DNA from: the human T2T-CHM13v2.0 reference genome, Homo sapiens
NCBI RefSeq assembly: GCF_009914755.1
Contig: NC_060925.1
Direction: 5' to 3' (one strand)
Length of the DNA: 64,000 bases
Made by a program: the position numbers and the translations under genes. Each line of letters opens with the position of its first letter. Positions within the stretch are counted from its first letter, which is position 1. Below are positions 57,501-64,000 of the stretch, piece by piece. The notes under the pieces are model-generated. The model was not told the DNA's origin, searched no databases, and saw nothing but the letters and a program-made list of their open reading frames with translations.

Positions 57501-58269
57501 TCATAGAGCAGTTAGGAAACACTCTGTAAAGTCTGCAAGAGGATATTCAGACCTCTTTCATGCCTTCGTTGGAAACGGGATTTCTTCATATTATGCTAGA
57601 CAGAATAATTCTCAGTAACTTCCTTGTGTTGTGTGTATTCAACTCACACAGTTGAACGATCCTTTACACAGAGCAGACTTGAAACACTCTTTTTGTGGAA
57701 TTTGCAAGTGGAGATTTCAGCCGCTTTGAGGTCAATGGTAGAATAGGAAATATCTTCCTATAGAAACTAGACAGAATGATTCTCAGAAACTCCTTTGTGA
57801 TGTGTGCGTTCAACTCACAGAGTTTAACTTTTCTTTTCATAGAGCAGTTAGGAAACACTCTGTAAAGTCTGCAAGAGGATATTCAGACCTCTTTCATGCC
57901 TTCGTTGGAAACGGGATTTCTTCATATTATGCTAGACAGAATACTTCTCAGTAACTTCCTTGTGTTGTGTGTATTCAACTCACACAGTTGAACGATCCTT
58001 TACACAGAGCAGACTTGAAACACTCTTTTTGTGGAATTTGCAAGTGGAGATTTCAGCCGCTTTGAGGTCAATGGTAGAATAGGAAATATCTTCCTATAGA
58101 AACTAGACAGAATGATTCTCAGAAACTCCTTTGTGATGTGTGCGTTCAACTCACAGAGTTTAACCTTTCTTTTCATAGAGCAGTTAGGAAACACTCTGTT
58201 TGTAAAGTCTGCAAGTGGATATTCATACCTCTTTGAGGCCTTCGTTGGAAATGTGATTTCTTGATATTC

Positions 58270-60990
58270 TGCTAGACAGAAGAATTCTCAGTAACTTCCT
58301 TGTGTTGTGTGTATTCAACTCACAGAGTTGAACGATTCTTTACACAGAGCAGACTTGAAACACTCTTTTTGTGGAATTTGCAAGTGGAGATTTCAGCCAC
58401 TTTGAGGTCAATAGTAGAAAAGGAAATATCTTCGTAGAAAAACTAGACAGAATGATTCTCAGAAACTCCTTTGTGATATGTGTGTTCAACTCACAGATTT
58501 TAACCTTTCTTTTCATAGAGCAGTTAGTAAACACTCTGTTTATAAAGTCTGCAAGTGGATATTCAGACCCCTTTGAGGCCTTCGTTGGAAACGGGATTTC
58601 TTCATATTCTGCTAGACAGAAGAATTCTCAGTAACTTCCTTGTGTTGTGTGTATTCAACTGACAGAGTTGAACTTTCATTTAGAGAGAGCAGATTTGAAA
58701 CACTGTTTTTGTGGAATTTGCAAGTGGAGATTTCAAGCGCTTTGGGGCCAAAGGCAGAAAAGGAAATATCTTCGTATAAAAACTAGACAGAATCATTCTA
58801 AGAAACTGCTGCGTGATGTGTGCGTTCAACTCTCAGAGTTTAACTTTTCTTTTCATTCAGCGGTTTGGAAACACTCTGTTTGTAAAGTCTGCACGTGGAT
58901 ATTTTGACCACTTAGAGGCCTTCGTTGGAAACGGGTTTTTTTCATGTAAGGCTAGACAGAAGAATTCCCAGTAACTTCCTTGTGTTGTGTGCATTCAACT
59001 CACAGATTTGAACGTTCCCTTAGACAGAGCAGATTTGAAACACTCTATTTGTGCAATTGGCAAGTGCAGATTTCAAGCGCTTTAAGGTCAATGGCAGAAA
59101 AGGAAATATCTTCGTTTCAAAACTAGACAGAATCATTCCCACAAACTGCGTTGTGATGTGTTCGTTCAACTCACAGAGTTTAACCTTTCTGTTCATAGAG
59201 CAGTTAGGAAACACTCTGTTTGTAAAGTCTGTAAGTGGATATTCTGACATCTTGTGGCCTTCGTTGGAAACGGGATTTCTTCATATTCTGCTAGACAGAA
59301 GAATTCTCAGTAACTTCCTTCTGTTGTGTGTATTCAACTCACAGAGTTGAAAGATCCTTTACACAGAGCAGACTTGAAACACTCTTTTTGTGGAATTTGC
59401 AAGTGGAGATTTCAGCCGCTTTGAGGTCAATGGTAGAAAAGGAAATATCTTCGTATAAAGACTAGACAGAATGATTCTCAGAAACTCCTTTGTGATGTGT
59501 GCGTTCAACTCACAGAGTTTAACCTTTCTTTTCATAGAGCAGTTAGGAAACACTCTGTTTGTAAAGTCTGCAAGTGGATATTTAGACCTCTCTGAGGCCT
59601 TCGTTGGAAACGGGATTTCTTCATATTCTGCTAGACAGAAGAATTCTCAGTAACTTCCTTGTGTTGTGTGTATTCAACTCACAGAGTTGAACGATCCTTT
59701 ACACAGAGCAGACTTGAAACACTCTTTTTGTGGAATTTGCAAGTGGAGATTTCAGCCGCTTTGAGGTCAATAGTAGAAAAGGAAATATCTTCGTAGAAAA
59801 ACTAGACAGAATGATTCTCAGAATCTCCTTTGTGATGTGTGTGTTCAACTCACAGAGTTTAACCTTTCTTTTCATAGAGCAGTTAGTAAACACTCTGTTT
59901 ATAAAGTCTGCAAGTCGATATTCAGACCCCTTTGAGGCCTTCGTTGGAAACGGGATTTCTTCATATTATGCTAGACAGAAGAATTCTCAGGAACTTCCTT
60001 GTGTTGTGTGTATTCAACTGACAGAGTTGAACTTTCATTTAGAGAGAGCAGATTTGAAACACTGTTTTTGTGGAATTTGCAAGTGGAGATTCCAAGCGCT
60101 TTGGGGCCAAAGGCAGAAAAGGAAATATCTTCGTAGAAAAACTAGACAGAATCATTCTCAGAAACTGCTGCGTGATGTGTGCGTTCAACTCTCACAGTTT
60201 AACTTTTCTTTTCATTCAGCGGTTTGGAAACACTCTGTTTGTAAAGTCTGCACGTGGATATTTTGACCACTTAGAGTCCTTCGTTGGAAACGGGTTTTTT
60301 TCATGTAAGGCTAGACAGAAGAATTCCCAGTAACTTCCTTGTGTTGTGTGCATTCAACTCACAGAGTTGAACGTTCCCTTAGACAGAGCAGATTTGAAAC
60401 ACTCTATTTGTGCAATTTGCAAGTGTAGATTTCAAGCGCTTTAAGGTCAACGGCAGAAAAGGAAATATCTTCGTTTCAAAACTAGACAGAATCATTCCCA
60501 CAAACTGCGTTGTGATGTGTTCGTTCAACTCACAGAGTTTAACCTTTCTGTTCATAGAGCAGTTAGGAAACACTCTGTTTGTAAAGTCTGTAAGTGGATA
60601 TTCTGACATCTTGTGGCCTTCGTTGGAAACGGGATTTCTTCATATTCTGCTAGACAGAAGAATTCTCAGTAACTTCCTTCTGTTGTGTGTATTCAACTCA
60701 CAGAGTTGAACGATCCTTTACACAGAGCAGACTTGAAACACTCTTTTTGTGGAATTTGCAAGTGGAGATTTCAGCCGCTTTGAGGTCAATGGTAGAAAAG
60801 GAAATATCTTCGTATAAAGACTAGACAGAATGATTCTCAGAAACTCCTTTGTGATGTGTGCGTTCAACTCACAGAGTTTAACTTTTCTTTTCATAGAGCA
60901 GTTAGGAAACACTCTGTTTGTAAAGTCTGCAAGTGGATATTCAGACCTCCTTGAGGCCTTCGTTGGAAACGGGATTTCTTCATATTCTGC
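58270..60990 (+). repeat. 1359-bp (8-monomer, Z'-X-Y-Z) tandem HOR variant, two copies; boundaries approximate
   Basis: ORF offsets 58340/59699, 59020/60379 and 59359/60718. Shared variants include aatagtagaa, agtaaacac and ccttctgttg. Confidence 0.82.
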
Positions 60991-63900
60991 TAGACAGAAA
61001 AATTCTCAGTAACTTCCTTGTGTTGTGTGTATTCAACTCACAGAGTTGAACGATCCTTTACACAGAGCAGACTTGAAACACTCTTTTTGTGGTATTTGCA
61101 AGTGGAGATTTCAGCCGCTATGAGGTCAATGGTAGAAAAGGAAACTATCTTCGTATAAAGACTAGACAGAATGATTCTCAGAAAATCCTTTGTGATGTGT
61201 GCGTTCAACTCACAGAGTTTAACTTTTCTTTTCATAGAGCAGTTAGGAAACACTCTGTTTGTAAAGTCTGCAAGTGGATATTCAGACCTCTTTGAGGCCT
61301 TCGTTGGAAACGGGATTTCTTCATATTATGCTAGACAGAATAATTCTCAGTAACTTCCTTGTGTTGTGTGTATTCAACTCACAGAGTTGAACAATCCTTT
61401 ACAGAGAGCAGACTTGAAACACTCTTTTTGTGGAATTTGCAAGTGGAGATTTCAGCCGCTTTGAGGTCAATGATAGAAAAGGAAATATCTTCCTGTAGAA
61501 ACTAGACAGAATGATTCTCATAAACTCCTTTGTGATGTGTGCGTTGAACTCACAGAGTTTAACCTTTCTTTTCATAGAGCAGTTAGGAAACACTCTGTTT
61601 GTAAAGTCTGTAAGTGGATATTCTGACATCTTGTGGCCTTCTTTGGAAACGGGATTTCTTCATATTGTGCTAGACGGAAGAATTCTCAGTAACTTCCTTG
61701 TGTTGTGTGTATTGAACTCACAGAGTTGAACGATCCTTTACACAGAGCAGACTTGAAACACTCTTTTTGTGGAATTTGCAAGTGGAGATTTCATCCACTT
61801 TTAGGTCAATGGTAGAATAGGAAATATCTTCCTATAGAAACTAGACAGAATGATTCTCAGAAACTCCTTTGTGATGTGTGCGTTCAATTCACAGAGTTTA
61901 ACCTTTCTATTCATAGAGCAGTTAGGAAACACTGTGTTTGTAAAGTCTGCAAGTGGATATTCAGACCTCTTTGAGGCTTTCGTTGGAAACGGGATTTCTT
62001 CATATTCTGCTAGACAGAGGAATTCTCAGAAACTTCCTTGTGTTGTGTGTATTCAACTCACAGAGTTGAACGATCCTTTACACAGAGCAGACTTGAAACA
62101 CTCTTTTTGTGGAATTTGGAAGTGGAGATTTCAGCCGCTTTGAGGTCAATGGTAGAAAAGGAAATATCTTCGTATAAAGACAAGACAGAATGATTCTCAG
62201 AAACTCCTTTGTGATGTGTGCGTTGAACTCACAGAGTTTAACCTTTCTTTTCATAGAGCAGTTAGGAAACACTCTGTTTGTAAAGTCTGCAAGTGGATAT
62301 TCATTCCTCTTTGAGGCCTTCGTTGGAAACGGGATTTCTTCATATTATGCTAGACAGAAGAGTTCTCAGTAACTTCCTTGTGTTGTGTGTATTCAACTCA
62401 CAGAGTTGAACTTTCATTTAGAGAGAGCAGATTTGAAACACTGTTTTTGTGGAATTTGCAATTGGAGATTTCAAGTGCTTTGGGGCCAAAGGCAGAAAAG
62501 GAAATATCTTCGTATAAAAACTAGACAGAATCATTCTCAGAAACTCCTTTGTGATGTGGGCGTTGAACTCACAGAGTTTAACCTTTCTTTTCATAGAGCA
62601 GTTAGGAAACACTATGTTTGTAAAGTCTGCACGTGGATATTTGGACTTCTTTGAGGTCTTCGTTGGAAACGGGTTTTTTTCATGTAAGGCTGGACAGAAG
62701 AATTCTCAGTAACTTCCTTGTGTTGTGTGTATTCAACTGACAGAGTTGAACATTGATTTAGAGAGACCAGATTTGAAACACTGTTTTTGTGGAATTTGCA
62801 GGTGGAGATTTCATGTGCTTTGTGGACAAAGGCAGAAAAGGAAATATCTTGGTATAAAAAATAGACAGAATCATTCTCAGAAACTGCTGCGTGATGTGTG
62901 TGTTCCACTCTCAGAGTTTAACTTTTCTTTTCATACAGCGGTTTGGAAACACTCTGTTTGTAAAGTCTGCAAGTGGATATTTTGACCACTTTGAGGCCTT
63001 CGATGGAAACGGGTTTTTTTCATGTAAGGCTAGACAGAAGAATTCCCAGTAACCTCCTTGTGTTGTGTGCATTCAACTCACAGAGTTGAACGTTCCCTTA
63101 GACAGAGCAGATTTGAAACACTCTATTTGTGCAATTTGCAAGTGTAGATTTCAAGCGCTTTAAGGTCAATGGCAGAAAAGGAAATATCTTCGTTTCAAAA
63201 CTAGACAGAATCATTCCCACAAACTGCGTTCTGATGTGTTCATTCAACTCACAGAGTTTAACCTTTCTGTTCATAGAGCAGTTAGGAAACACTCTGTTTG
63301 TAAAGTCTGTAAGTGGATATTCTGACATCTTGTGGCCTTCGTTGGAAACGGGATTTCTTCATATTCTGCTAGACAGAAGAATTCTCAGTAACTTCCTTGT
63401 GTTGTGTGTATTCAACTCACAGAGTTGAACGATCCTTTACACAGAGCAGACTTGAAACACTCTTTTTGTGGAATTTGCAAGTGGAGATTTCAGCCGCTTT
63501 GAGGTCAATAGTTGAAAAGGAAATATCTTCGTAGAAAAACTAGACAGAATGATTCTCAGAAACTCCTTTGTGATGTGGGCGTTCAACTCACAGAGTTTAA
63601 CCTTTCTTTTCACAGAGCAGTTAGGAAACACTCTGTTTGTAAAGTCTGCAAGTGGATATTCAGACCTCTTTGAGGCCTTCGTTGGAAACGGGTTTTCTAC
63701 ATATTATGCTAGACAGAAGAATTCTCAGTAAATTCCTTGTGTTGTGACTATTCAACTCACAGAGTTGAACGATCCTTTACACAGAGCAGACTTGAAACAC
63801 TCTTTTGTGGAATTTGCAAGTGGAGATTTCAGCCGCTTTGAGGTCAATAGTACAAAAGGAAATAACTTCGTAGAAAAACTAGACAGAATGATTCTCAGAA

Positions 63901-64000
63901 ACTCCTTTGTGATGTGGGCGTTGAAATCACAGTGTTTAACCTTTCTTTTCATAGAGCAGTTAGGAAACACTCTGTTTGTAAAGTCTGCACGTGGATATTT

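Larger units (their letters stand above)
28053..64000 (+). repeat. Alpha-satellite SF1 dimeric array (339-340 bp dimers, with 6-/8-/12-/14-mer variants); probably D1Z7/D5Z2/D19Z3 (S1C1/5/19H1L)
   Basis: 340-bp periodicity, an EcoRI site (cagaaGAATTCtc) in most dimers and one CENP-B box position (cttcgttggaaacggga) per dimer. There are three recognisable dimer types: X (gaactttcatttagagag...ctttggggccaaagg), Y (gaacgttcccttagac...cccacaaactgcg) and Z (gaacgatcctttacacag). Confidence 0.92.

Noticed and set aside
28126-63970. About 200 near-identical 60-100 aa ORFs (MFPNCSMKRKVKLCELN…, MILRNSF…) resembling a tandem gene family
   Set aside because: They simply follow the 340-bp dimer. Frameshifts and stops occur freely, so there is no sign of coding constraint. 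I used them only as positional markers.
28053-64000. CRISPR-like regular repeats
   Set aside because: The whole unit repeats with no unique spacers and there are no cas genes. The sequence is alpha-satellite.

Overview
The window is primate, almost certainly human, centromeric alpha-satellite with no genuine genes. (1) Bases 1-~28055 are a minus-strand alpha-satellite array with an ~1866-bp (11-monomer) higher-order repeat (HOR), resembling the SF3 D1Z5/S3C1H2 array of chromosome 1. It is interrupted at 20214-22366 by a 5'-truncated human-specific L1 with a 14-bp target-site duplication. (2) At ~28053 there is an abrupt strand switch, with no spacer DNA, into a plus-strand SF1 340-bp dimeric array resembling D1Z7/D5Z2/D19Z3 (S1C1/5/19H1L), which runs to the window end. 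The hundreds of short ORFs are translation artefacts of the satellite, and only the L1 ORF2 remnant is real coding-derived sequence. I found no novel protein-coding system. The interesting structure is architectural: an in-register fold-back junction between two satellite families, a young but heavily mutated L1 near an HOR-haplotype boundary, multi-HOR duplications and deletions, differential CENP-B box survival, and nascent HORs emerging from a near-pure dimer zone. Family and chromosome assignments come from recall and have not been checked against a database.
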